Assembly: GCA_965242965.1 (NCBI GenBank)
Contig: OZ251518.1
Span: 5,504,001-5,568,000 of the forward strand
Source of the DNA: Candidatus Poribacteria bacterium
GTDB lineage: Bacteria > Poribacteria > WGA-4E > WGA-3G
Reading direction: 5' to 3'
DNA: 64,000 bases
Part shown: piece after piece, positions 30,127 through 40,162 of the stretch
How the letters are laid out: the number at the start of each line of letters is the position of its first letter
Numbering within the stretch: position 1 is the stretch's first letter
The notes under the pieces: generated by a model
Databases searched by the model: none
Told to the model about the DNA's origin: nothing
What the model saw: only the letters and a program-made list of their open reading frames with translations
Program-made: the position numbers and the translations under genes

Positions 30127-32460
30127 ATGTCCGAAGAGCAAAACAAAAAAACAGAACTGCAACGGGGCACGATTGACGAATTGCCCCCATTTATTGATAA
30201 AACACTGAAGCACCTAGAGATTCGGTTTGAGCAGATTCGGTTCGCTGTCCAAAGCGATGTCAGTTCCTCAGGCGTTTTCGGCGAGGAATGGTTTGTAATG
30301 ACAGACGCGGCGGTTTTTACCGTCGCCGGTGATGGCAGTGTGATACACTTCATTCCGTATAAAAATGTGCTCGGCATCCGCGCCGAAGTGATGATAGACG
30401 CAGGGCTGCTGGTGTTAGAATCGCGCGAGGGCACCGTCGATCTGATTCGGTATTCCAACGGTTGCGCGGCGAAGTTCGGCTTCGTTGCACGCTTCATCGG
30501 TGATGAAATTGAGCACCGAGATGGGAAACGCGACGAAGCACCGATATGGGACTATAAAGTCGAAGAACAGGTTTGCGCATCGTGCGGATTGCCGTTGCCT
30601 GACGAATTCTCGCCTTGTCCGGCATGCACCAAAAAACATAAGGTAATGCTGCGGATTGCGTCGTATCTCAAACCGTATCGCACCAAAGCAATCCTTTTCA
30701 TCGCTTTCGTGATTAGCGGCACACTGATTTCGCTGGTGCCGCCTTACTTCTCCCGCATCTTGATAGACGACATTCTGGCGTTGAACGAAGCGGCGGCTGC
30801 GCAAACTCCCTCCGAGACGCAGATCGGCGCGATATTCCGCGCGATTCAACCAGTGACGATGGCACTAGCGATTGCGGTTGGCTGTCTGCTCGTCACGATG
30901 ATAATCCGCGAAATTATCACCGTCTTCCGATTAAGGTTGGGCGCGTGGTTGACATTCCGCGTGGCGGCAAGTATCCGAGCGCATGTCTATCGGCATCTAC
31001 ACAACCTCTCTATTCGGTTCTTTGACAAGCGCAAAACCGGTACGGTTATCTCGCACATCACCGAGGACAGCGAACGGCTTCAGGACTTTATGTTAGAAGG
31101 GTTGTCCTTCCTCGCCGTGGAGTTACTGCTGTTCTTCGGCATCGGCGGCATGCTATTTTGGATGAATTGGAGGCTTGCTTGCTTCATCTTGATTCCCATT
31201 CCTATTATCGTCTTCGGCGCGGGATGGTTTTGGAAAATAGTGCGTAACCTGTGGCACCGCGCCTGGCGACGCAGATCGAAGTTGTTTGATGTCGTGAACG
31301 ATTCTGTCTCCGGTATCCGAGTCGTGCGCGCCTTCGGAAGGCAGCGCGACGAGGTAACTCGGTTTGAGGAATCCAACATTGACGCACGCGATTATGAGAC
31401 ACACGCGGAACTCATCTGGGCGACTTACTATCCGCCGCTGATGTTTGCTGTGTCGCTCGGCACACTCATTGTATGGTATGTTGGCGGACTGGAGGTCCTC
31501 GGCGGCACAATGTCACTCGGCACGCTGATGGCGTTTCAAAGTTACTTAATGATGTTTTATGAGCCGCTGCGCTACATCAGTCCGCTCATCAACTGGGCAT
31601 CCCGTTCCATGACAGCGGCGGAACGCCTCTTTGAGGTAATTGACTCGCAACCGGAACAGATCGACGATGGCACGTTGGAATCAATGCCGAACATTACCGG
31701 TGAGGTGCTGTTTCACAACATGACGTTCGGCTACGAGTCGCATAAACCGGTGTTGAAGGACATCAACCTCCACGTCAAATCTGGGGAAATGATCGGACTC
31801 GTTGGGCATTCGGGTGCAGGGAAATCGACGCTGATTAATCTGATTTGCCGGTTCTATACGCCGGATGCCGGCCGCTTAGAAATCGATGGCGTAGAGATTG
31901 AGAAGATTCAACTTGATGATCTTCGGCGACAAATCGGGGTAGTGCTGCAAGAACCGTATCTGTTCAGCGGCACCATCGCCGAGAACATCGCCTATGCGCA
32001 TCCGGATGCCACGATGGAGGAGATTATCACAGCGGCGAAAGCGGCAAACGCGCACGAATTCATCGTCAAATTCCCCGATGGCTATGATACTGAAGTCGGG
32101 GAACGCGGGGGCAGTCTCTCCGGCGGCGAGCGACAGCGTATCTCGATTGCGCGGGCCATTCTGCACAACCCGCGCATCCTGATTCTTGACGAAGCCACGT
32201 CATCGGTGGATGTTGAAACCGAGAAAAAAATTCAACAGGCAATTGACAGACTTGTGAAAAACCGCACCACCTTCGCGATTGCGCACCGTCTCTCCACCCT
32301 CCGAAATGCCGACAGGCTTTTCGTGATTGAGAAAGGACGCGGCGTGGAGTGCGGCTCTCACGAAGAACTGATGGAACAGAAGGGTATTTACTACAAACTG
32401 GTTGAGACGCAGCGGGAAGCGGCGAATGTGCGCGCAGCGGCGCAGGCAGTAGAAAGGTAG
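30127..32460 (+). CDS. ABC exporter (fused permease/ATPase) with N-terminal extension and zinc-ribbon motif
   Basis: GHSGAGKS, LSGGERQR and ILDEATS motifs, TM domain, CASC...CPAC. Confidence 0.93.
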   Translation: MSEEQNKKTELQRGTIDELPPFIDKTLKHLEIRFEQIRFAVQSDVSSSGVFGEEWFVMTDAAVFTVAGDGSVIHFIPYKNVLGIRAEVMIDAGLLVLESREGTVDLIRYSNGCAAKFGFVARFIGDEIEHRDGKRDEAPIWDYKVEEQVCASCGLPLPDEFSPCPACTKKHKVMLRIASYLKPYRTKAILFIAFVISGTLISLVPPYFSRILIDDILALNEAAAAQTPSETQIGAIFRAIQPVTMALAIAVGCLLVTMIIREIITVFRLRLGAWLTFRVAASIRAHVYRHLHNLSIRFFDKRKTGTVISHITEDSERLQDFMLEGLSFLAVELLLFFGIGGMLFWMNWRLACFILIPIPIIVFGAGWFWKIVRNLWHRAWRRRSKLFDVVNDSVSGIRVVRAFGRQRDEVTRFEESNIDARDYETHAELIWATYYPPLMFAVSLGTLIVWYVGGLEVLGGTMSLGTLMAFQSYLMMFYEPLRYISPLINWASRSMTAAERLFEVIDSQPEQIDDGTLESMPNITGEVLFHNMTFGYESHKPVLKDINLHVKSGEMIGLVGHSGAGKSTLINLICRFYTPDAGRLEIDGVEIEKIQLDDLRRQIGVVLQEPYLFSGTIAENIAYAHPDATMEEIITAAKAANAHEFIVKFPDGYDTEVGERGGSLSGGERQRISIARAILHNPRILILDEATSSVDVETEKKIQQAIDRLVKNRTTFAIAHRLSTLRNADRLFVIEKGRGVECGSHEELMEQKGIYYKLVETQREAANVRAAAQAVER

Positions 32461-32508
32461 AACCTCAAAACGGGCGGATGGAAACGACATCCAGCCTACC
32501 GAATAATT

Positions 32509-33060
32509 ATGGAAAACTCAGACAAAATTGTCCCTGTAGAAACAGCGCAGGAATCGCCTGCCGCCGATGACTTCACACCGCGTTATTTAGACGCGTCGAA
32601 GTTGAGATTGACACGCTCACCGGTAGGCACGCCGCGCCTTGAGATTCAGGGAGAGGTGTGTCACTTACGCGTCATCGTGCGTCGGTTGGTGCCGCTCAGC
32701 AATCCGGAACAGTATATTTCATTCTCCGCCGATGAGGATACCGAGCTCGGCATTCTCGTTGAGCCTACGCAATTGGATTCGGAAAGTCTGCGGATTCTCA
32801 ATGAAGAGTTGCATCGCCGCTACTTCACCCCGGTCATCGAGAAAATTTATCGGGTGAAAGAGCAGTTCGGCATTCATGAGTGGGAGGTGAAGACGGCCCG
32901 CGGGCGCGTGACGTTTTCGGTGCGCGGGTTGAACCAGAACGTCAAACAGGTGCCGCCCGCGCGGCTTTTCGTTACGGATGTTCGCGGCAACCGTTACGAT
33001 ATTCCCGATTATCGGAAGTTGGATGCCCAGAGTTTCCAACACATCCAGCGGCACCTCTAA
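32509..33060 (+). CDS. DUF1854 family protein
   Basis: RRLVPLS...EELHRRYFTP...WEVKTARG...DVRGNRY. Typical partner of this ABC transporter subfamily. Confidence 0.8.
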   Translation: MENSDKIVPVETAQESPAADDFTPRYLDASKLRLTRSPVGTPRLEIQGEVCHLRVIVRRLVPLSNPEQYISFSADEDTELGILVEPTQLDSESLRILNEELHRRYFTPVIEKIYRVKEQFGIHEWEVKTARGRVTFSVRGLNQNVKQVPPARLFVTDVRGNRYDIPDYRKLDAQSFQHIQRHL

Positions 33061-33086
33061 TCCGGAGCCTCTCACGGGCACCGAGC

Positions 33087-33252
33087 GATCGCGGGGGACA
33101 GGCCCCCGCGCTACGGTGAATAGAGCCCTGCCGCGTTACCGTAGGGCGAGGGCCTGTCCCTCGCCATGCTGCGATCGCGGGGGACAGGCCCCCGCGCTAC
33201 GATGAACAGAGCTCTTCCCTGTTATCGTAGGGCGAGGGCCTGTCCCTCGCCG
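33087..33252. repeat. REP array
   Basis: Alternating inverted and direct GTAG hairpins. Confidence 0.85.
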
Positions 33253-33287
33253 TGCCAAACTTTCTGCAGAAACGTAGCCATCAACTT

Positions 33288-34610
33288 ATGAAACAGAAAC
33301 GTTACCGAGCCGTGCTCGCCTCAATCGGAATGCATCTCCTCTTCGCTTTCATCGCCGCCCTGATGTTATCCGGGCAACGGGAGGTAAATGAAGATGCGTT
33401 TGACGTGGAGTTTGTCAACGTTACCCGCGCACGGGCGAATGTGGATATCCGTCCCACACACCGAATGCACCTCTCTCCCACGCCACCTGTAGGAGCACCC
33501 TCCCGGTCTCGGCTTGCGCCTACGGCTATGTCTCACCTGCCGCCGAGTCAAACGCGGGCGCAGTCTCCGAGGCAGGAATTCAGCACGGATGCGCTGAAGC
33601 CTGCCGACGTGTCGATTTCCACTGATAGGACAGAACCCTCGGCTCCCGTTGCCGGGGCGGCTGCCCCGTCGTCTATCGGTGCGACACCACCGGGGAATGC
33701 GCCGCCGATAGAGAAAAGTTCTTCCACGGTCGCGCGCGTCACCGGGAAAACAACCTCAAATCTCACGGCGTTTCTTGATGGCGACTTGCCTTCGCGAAGT
33801 CTGGGGCACGGGTTCGATACTGCCACCTTTCCGGTGAAAGTTCCGGAGGGACAACTCGGTGGGATTCTGGAGGGAAAGGGGAAAGAGCTCCGCGGGTATA
33901 TTCGGCTGATTCGGCTGAAACATTCGCTTTCGGATTGGTGGCAAGATCCGACTGCAATTCCCTCGTTGACGAAGTGGTTGGCAGAGAATACGCCTATCCG
34001 AGCGGATATGACTTTTGAAGGTGGTGCCTTGCGCCTCACCGATGCGAAAATCATGGACGCGCCGCTCATTATCATGACAGGACATGACAAGGACATTACC
34101 GTCGGACGCGGGCTTGCGAAGGATGGTCCCTTAACTACTGGGTTTACGTCAACGGAGCGGGCGGCTCTCCGAAAATACATCCTTGAGAGAGGCGGGATGC
34201 TCTTTTTTGATGACTGCGGGTTTAACGGGTTGTTTGCACATATCGTCGCCGATGAGCTCAACCAGATTTTTCCGGAGTATCCGCTTGAAATCATCCCGCA
34301 CGAGCATGAACTCTATCGTATCCACTATCATTTGCCGAAACCGCCGACAGGCGGCGATGTCTTTTGGGGCAATGAAAACAATGCGCAGCCGACGCAGTTC
34401 CGTTATCAGAAGGGGATAATTATCGGCAAGCGGTTGGCGGTTGTCTATAACCGCAAGGACTATCTGTGTGCGATGGAAACGGCGGAGATTGAGAGTCGCA
34501 CGATGTTGCGTCTCCGTCGTTCGCCGGATGTTTATCGGTTCATGTCAAACCTTCTGATTTACGCGCTGAAATATGGTGGGAATACGGACCGGGCGCGCTA
34601 TTCGCCGTAA
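33288..34610 (+). CDS. membrane-anchored DUF4159 domain protein
   Basis: N-terminal TM segment (SIGMHL), Pro/Ser-rich linker, ERAALRKYI..GGMLFFDDC. Confidence 0.75.
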   Translation: MKQKRYRAVLASIGMHLLFAFIAALMLSGQREVNEDAFDVEFVNVTRARANVDIRPTHRMHLSPTPPVGAPSRSRLAPTAMSHLPPSQTRAQSPRQEFSTDALKPADVSISTDRTEPSAPVAGAAAPSSIGATPPGNAPPIEKSSSTVARVTGKTTSNLTAFLDGDLPSRSLGHGFDTATFPVKVPEGQLGGILEGKGKELRGYIRLIRLKHSLSDWWQDPTAIPSLTKWLAENTPIRADMTFEGGALRLTDAKIMDAPLIIMTGHDKDITVGRGLAKDGPLTTGFTSTERAALRKYILERGGMLFFDDCGFNGLFAHIVADELNQIFPEYPLEIIPHEHELYRIHYHLPKPPTGGDVFWGNENNAQPTQFRYQKGIIIGKRLAVVYNRKDYLCAMETAEIESRTMLRLRRSPDVYRFMSNLLIYALKYGGNTDRARYSP

Positions 34611-34625
34611 AAATCCCCTCCCCTT

Positions 34626-34985
34626 TTATGCCACGTTTTCGACACGTTCGATTTCCGTTTGGATGGCAGATTCCCCCTCAGCGCACGATTCAATTGTGAG
34701 TTTGCATCCGAGTGCCTTGAAGAGGAGCGCGAGGAGATCTAGCGGCGGTGCATTGTTGCTATCCAGCAGACGCGCCAAGACTTCCGGCGGCCGCTGCATT
34801 TGCTGCGCCAATTTTGCCACGCCGCCTTGCGATGCTACAACGGTTTCAACCGCCTCTAAAAAGATGCCGGTATGCCCATAGCGTTGATAGCATTCCAAGG
34901 ATGCCTGTAGGTAACCGAGTGCTTCCTCGCGGTCTTCGGTAAATTCTTTGATGAGGTATTCTTGCCAGTCGCCCATTTGTCTCAT
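34626..34985 (-). CDS. addiction-module antidote (HigA/HI1420-like) protein
   Basis: WQEYLIKE...ALGYLQASLE...FLEAV...QGGVAKLA...LFKALGCKL. Confidence 0.75.
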   Translation of the reverse strand: MRQMGDWQEYLIKEFTEDREEALGYLQASLECYQRYGHTGIFLEAVETVVASQGGVAKLAQQMQRPPEVLARLLDSNNAPPLDLLALLFKALGCKLTIESCAEGESAIQTEIERVENVA

Positions 34986-35062
34986 GAGTGTGTTTCCTTG
35001 TATTCTTGCCAATAGGTTTTTGCGCGTTGAATGTCGCGGTGCTGTCGTGATTTATCTCCACC
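34982..35062 (-). pseudogene. C-terminal remnant of an addiction-module killer (RelE/HigB-like) toxin
   Basis: GGDKSRQHRDIQRAKTYWQEYKETHS* overlaps the antitoxin start as ATGA. The upstream part is replaced by repeats. Confidence 0.75.
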
Positions 35063-35135
35063 GCGTACGGCCGCCGAAACGCCCCCGCATTCACAAAAAA
35101 ACGCACGCATTCACAAACAAAAAACGCACCCCTCA

Positions 35136-35893
35136 CCGTAGGGCGAGGGCCTGTCCCTCGCCATCGTTCATGCACCAGACCTCCTCCCCTTCTGTAGGTC
35201 AAGAGTGCCTGCTCTTGACCCGTTTCGGGAGCGGGTGCTCCCGAACTACAGATTGGGGGGGCGCGAATCGTCCGCGTAATCCAACGATCGCGGGGGACAG
35301 GCCCCCGCGCTACGGTTGTCAAGGCCGTCTCCCTTCATCGTAGGGCGAGGGCCTGTCCCTCGCCATCGTTCCCGCTATCAAAAAACGTCTCTTCAGGTCC
35401 TTTAGGTCCTTAATGTCTATAGCACGCGTTGACGTGAAGAGCTTTAAGGTCCTTTAGGTCCTTAATGTGTTTTGATTGCGTTGCGTGTTTTTTTATTAAG
35501 GACCTAAAGGACCTTGAAAACGTGCTGTCACGTTTTTCTATAGACATGTAGGTCCTAAAGGACCTAAGACGATGCGTAGGAAAAAACGGCATCCGGTATC
35601 GTAGGGCGAGGGCCTGTCCCTCGCCAGCGTTCATGCACCAGACCCCCGTCACCTCTGTAGGTCAGGAGTGCCTGCTCCTGACCATTTGTAATCAGGCGAT
35701 CACAAACTACAGAACTTGACGAACGAGCTCGCGAGGGACAGGCCCCCGCGCTACGATGAAAAAAACGTCTCTTAGGTCCTACGGACCTAATCGGCATTTT
35801 TCACCAACGCGACATATCGGAAATGCCAGCGAAATTCCAAAGAATGTTGAGTGCACAGATGCCTCTAATCTTGTAAATCTTGTAAATCCTGCT
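35136..35893. repeat. composite repeat block (REPs, AGGTCC long palindrome, AATCYTG repeat)
   Basis: Multiple GTAG hairpins, a palindrome at 35395-35565 and AATCTTGTA repeats at 35867-35893. Confidence 0.85.
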
Positions 35894-35923
35894 TCAGACG
35901 AATAGGGGATAGGTTTGGCATGC

Positions 35924-38900
35924 TTATGATTCTTCCTCCACAACAGCAATTTCCTCCGAAGTCAGTTCGTAAAGCGTGTAGACATAATTATCAACCGCTT
36001 TTTCTAAATCCGCGGTATCTCCACCCGGGTCGGCTTTTTTGACAGACAAGATCGCATCAACGAGGTGCTCAATCTGCGCGACGATGGCGCGGTTGTCAGC
36101 AGTAATCGGTGGCACGTGGCTCTGCTCCACATACTGCTTTTTCCACTCAAACGCATAGCCGAGCGGAATCCCTAAATTCGTAAACTCCCAATTGAAGAGA
36201 CGCGAATTCATGCACCCCAAGAGGTACTTGATGTTATCTTCGGAAGAGGTTAGTAAATTCGCGGGCGCGCAAATGAATTCACCGGGCGCAGAATAACAGA
36301 AAGCACTGCTATAAGCGATATTCCCCCAAGCAATTTTCGCCTTCTCAAATTCCGCGTGGTAAGCGCAATTGCGAAGGTTATAGGGTGTGTTTCCCTTATC
36401 TTGACGCTTTTCCAGTTGTGGATAGAATGTCTCAAGATATGCCTTAACTGCACCGTAATCGTTCACGTCGATTGCTGGAACATCGCGGTACCCGTTGTGC
36501 GTATCAATCAGCCAGAGTTTCGCCCACTTCGCGTGATACCGATTAACATCTCTGCCTCGCAAAACGGGTTTAATAATTTCTGCCGACTTGGGCTCCGCCT
36601 TTATCAGGGTTTCCTTCGTATCGTCGTCAATGAGAAAAGCGGTGTTGTAACCGGTGATAATTCCCCGATAGATGGAAATGTCCCAGTCCTTAAGCGGCGT
36701 GCCGACTGCCTCAATTTTCGCTTGAATCTGTCGTTCAATGTCGGACAGGATGACCCATTGTGCGCCGGGCTCTGGCAGCGGGAAATGGACTCCGTTTTCC
36801 GCTGTGTATGCGGCGAGGGAGGTTGCGGTGTGTTTATATTTTTCGGTGACGGTGCAGGCGATGGAGTCCTCGCGAGGGACAGGCCCTCGCGCTACGGGGG
36901 AAGCGCGGGCTCTGCTGCAGAGGAGGATGTTGGTATCTACGGTGGCATCGAAGATGTCGGGCCCGAGGTCCAACAACTTTATCGGGTGGACATGCTCTAC
37001 GAAAAATTGACGCAACGCTTTTCCGTAGCCGGCGCGCATCCATTTGTTGCTGGTGATGTAGCAGAGATGCCCATCGTTGGCGAGCAATTTCACGCCGCGT
37101 TCGTAGAAAAGGCAGTAAATGTCGCCGGTGCGTGCGAAGGTTTCAAAGCCTGCGTCTTGGTAAAGCCTGCCGAGTGCGCCGCCGTTTTTCTGCAATTGGA
37201 CATACGGCGGATTACCAATGACAACATCAAATCCCTCTTGAATGCCGAACATTCGTTCCGGTGCAAACCACTCGGCAACAGCATGCGTATCATAGCGATC
37301 CCACGACGAGATCTTCTCGGCATCCTCGGCGGGCATGCCGACTTCGCGTAATTCCGACGCTAATGCCTCGCGCAACGCTTTGTCTTGCCGTTGACATGCT
37401 AGTTTTTGTGCGCGCGTCACGGCGTGAAAATGCCGTTCGCCGTTGAGAAGTATCTCGCGCTCAAGCTCTTGTGTCCTTGAACTCGTGAACGTCCGCTCGC
37501 CTGACAAGCCAAGCAGTGTATTCGCCGCGAGGAAGCGCGTCTCCAAATTCGGCAACGGCCGAATGCCGAAGTTCGCCGCGTCGGCATCTGGTTCTTGCTC
37601 AATCGCCAACGAGATGAAAAAGCGGAGTTTCGCAATCTGACACGCCACAGGTTGAATGTCCACGCCGTAGAGGCAATTCTGGATGAGATATAACTTCCGA
37701 CCGAAATCGGAATCGCGATAACGTTTGAACGTCTCATCAATTTCTAGGAGTTCTTCGGGGCGCGTTGCGTCATCGGTTGTATCAAAGGCGGCAGCGGCGC
37801 GCTGTTGGGCGCGTTCGCGTTGTAAACTTTCCCAGCGGCGGTTATCGGCATCGAGTCGCCGCAGCACGAGGGTGAGTTTATGCAACAAGCCCATCGGAAA
37901 CGCACCCGAGCCGACGGCAGGATCCAAGAGTTTGAGCCCGGAGATGGCGCGCACGAGGTTCTCTGTCTCGTCGGCATCGAACCATTCGCTGGCATCGTCA
38001 AATGCCTGCGCATAGTCCAGCAGGTAGCGGAGCCGTTCATCCCAGAACGTTGCATCGCCATCGGTTGGCGCGCATTTTTGTTTGAACACGGCGACGAGTG
38101 CCTCGTCTACCATGTAATCGACGATGTCGCGCGGGGTGTAGTAAGAACCGGTGGCTTTGCGCGCCGTCGATTGCGTTTCAGGATTGTAGGCACCAAGGAG
38201 GTTTTCAAACACCTTGCCGAGCAACTCGGGGTCCAACGCAACTTCCTGTTCTACCGGCGTGTTCTCCTCCACGGTGAATTTATAGTGAGAGAAGAGCGGG
38301 AAGAGACCCGAGGTTTCGTCAAAGAATAACTTCGCGGGAACGTGGAGTTTCCGCCGCGCGTTTTCGTCATCGGTGAAACAGTCGATGCGAGAGCCGCCGT
38401 CGCGCGTGCCCTCAAACGTATCCAAGCAGTCAAACAGCCCACCGTTGACAAACGGCACCTGTTTCAGGTATGCCAGAAACGCATCGGGAGTGCGGAGCAA
38501 GTCGGCATAGCGATACTTGTTGGGATTGCGATGCGCTTGGCGGTTACGCGTGCTGAAGGCCCGCGTGTCTATCGGCGTATTGAGCGTCGCGAAGAAGAGA
38601 TTCTGCAGTATCGCCTGATAATAGTCGGATGTCTCCAGCGAAAACTCTTTGAGATGCGTCGCTGCAGCGGCTTTGTCAAAGAGTGCCATCGGCACCAAAT
38701 TCTTCTCTTTCAGGAACCAGATAAAGAGTAGGCGGGTGATGAGACGGATAACCTGAAGTTGCGGCGCATCGTCGGGAAAACGGCATTCGGCGACGGCCCA
38801 CTGATACCATTCATACAACTCGCCGTAGAATTGGCGGTTGAGTGCCTCGGTGTTCAGAACGCCTTCCCACGCTTTGTGCAACGTGTCAAAATTGTGAACG

Positions 38901-39527
38901 CCTTGAGTTTGGACGAGGTTGTCCAGCGAGAGCTCCGCGAGGATGTCGAGATGCGCGCGGTGCGGTGCGCGCAGATTAATATCCTTAATGAGCGTGACTT
39001 TCTCCAGAATCTGCCTTGTGCCCCCCCCCTACAGCCGCAGGCGTTTCTGCCCGCCTATCCCATCGGCGATTGATAATCGCCAGCGTCAGGCAGTGCCCAT
39101 AATGGAACATTACCATGATGGGTTGCGGCATCTGTTTGTTGATAAAGCGCGTGATATTGACGAGTTGTGTGCGCGTGTAGGCATCCCCGGACAACTTGAG
39201 CGCGGCGAAGAGGTAGGACTGCATCAGTGCATCGTCAATCGCGTGACTCGCGAACACCGCTTGTTGCGCGTGCATCTCTTCATCGGTGACTTGGAAGAGG
39301 AGGTGAAAGGTATCCCAGTCGTCACTGCGCAGTTTCTCGGCGGTGCTTTGACGTTGCACGGCGGCGGCTAGCAGTCGGCGTTTGCGTTCGGCATCGATGC
39401 CGGGGTTGCCGACTCTTCGGCTGTGGTAGCCGAGGGTGTTGAGGAGGCGCGTGCCAGCAGCGCGAAGTGGTGATTCGGCGAAGGTAAGGAGCGGCTGTTT
39501 AATTTCTGATTTGAGTGCTTCTAACAT
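35924..39527 (-). CDS. Type IIG (Eco57I/TaqI_C-like) R-M enzyme, frameshifted at a G9 tract (39021-39029)
   Basis: ITRLLFIWFLKEK, VNGGLF, TGSYYTP, LDPAVGSGAF, VIGNPPY and YNLRNCAY motifs. The N-terminal ORF (39527-38985) joins the main frame if G9 becomes G8. Confidence 0.85.
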
Positions 39528-39546
39528 GATGTTAACCTGATAGAAT

Positions 39547-40146
39547 TTATTGCCTGTCTCGCAATTGATGGAGGAGGCGCACGATGTCCCGATAGCATTT
39601 GTCAAACGAAGATGCTTGCCGCGCTTGTTTAAAGTCGAAGCGTGCAGTGAGTGCCGGCTGGTCTAACGTTTCCCTATACTTTTTGTTGCTCTCCATCTGC
39701 CGGGTCAGCCACTCCTTTGCTCCCCGGATTTCCTCAGGGTTATTTGGAGGTTGAAGATTGTTTTTTAACCCTCGTTGTCCGCTGAGTGACTCGGCTGCTG
39801 CAAGAAACCACGCTTCAAACTCGCATTTCGCGAGGACGACAGCGATTGGCAGATTGCTTTGCACTTTTAACGCTTGCTGAAGCAGTTCGGGACCTAGTTT
39901 CGCGGGACAGTCATCGTCGCTGTCAAGAATGATGAATATGCCGCCTTGCCTGCCAACTTTCCGAGATGCCGCGTCAATAGTTTCCTCAAGGTTTTCCACC
40001 TTGACAATCCTATTTCTGTTAACGCGGATCGGGTACGTGATAATAGGCAATTCGGGATAAAGGTCTGCTGCTACCCGCCGAATCAGAACGGGGACAGCTT
40101 CCACATCGCCTTGTCCTTCAACAATGCAACCGATTTTGACTGGCAC
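39547..40146 (-). CDS. DUF4276 family (TOPRIM-like) protein
   Basis: IVEGQGD, LDSDDDCP and EFEAWFLA motifs. Confidence 0.8.
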   Translation of the reverse strand: MPVKIGCIVEGQGDVEAVPVLIRRVAADLYPELPIITYPIRVNRNRIVKVENLEETIDAASRKVGRQGGIFIILDSDDDCPAKLGPELLQQALKVQSNLPIAVVLAKCEFEAWFLAAAESLSGQRGLKNNLQPPNNPEEIRGAKEWLTRQMESNKKYRETLDQPALTARFDFKQARQASSFDKCYRDIVRLLHQLRDRQ

Positions 40147-40162
40147 CTGGGTATTTCCTTAT

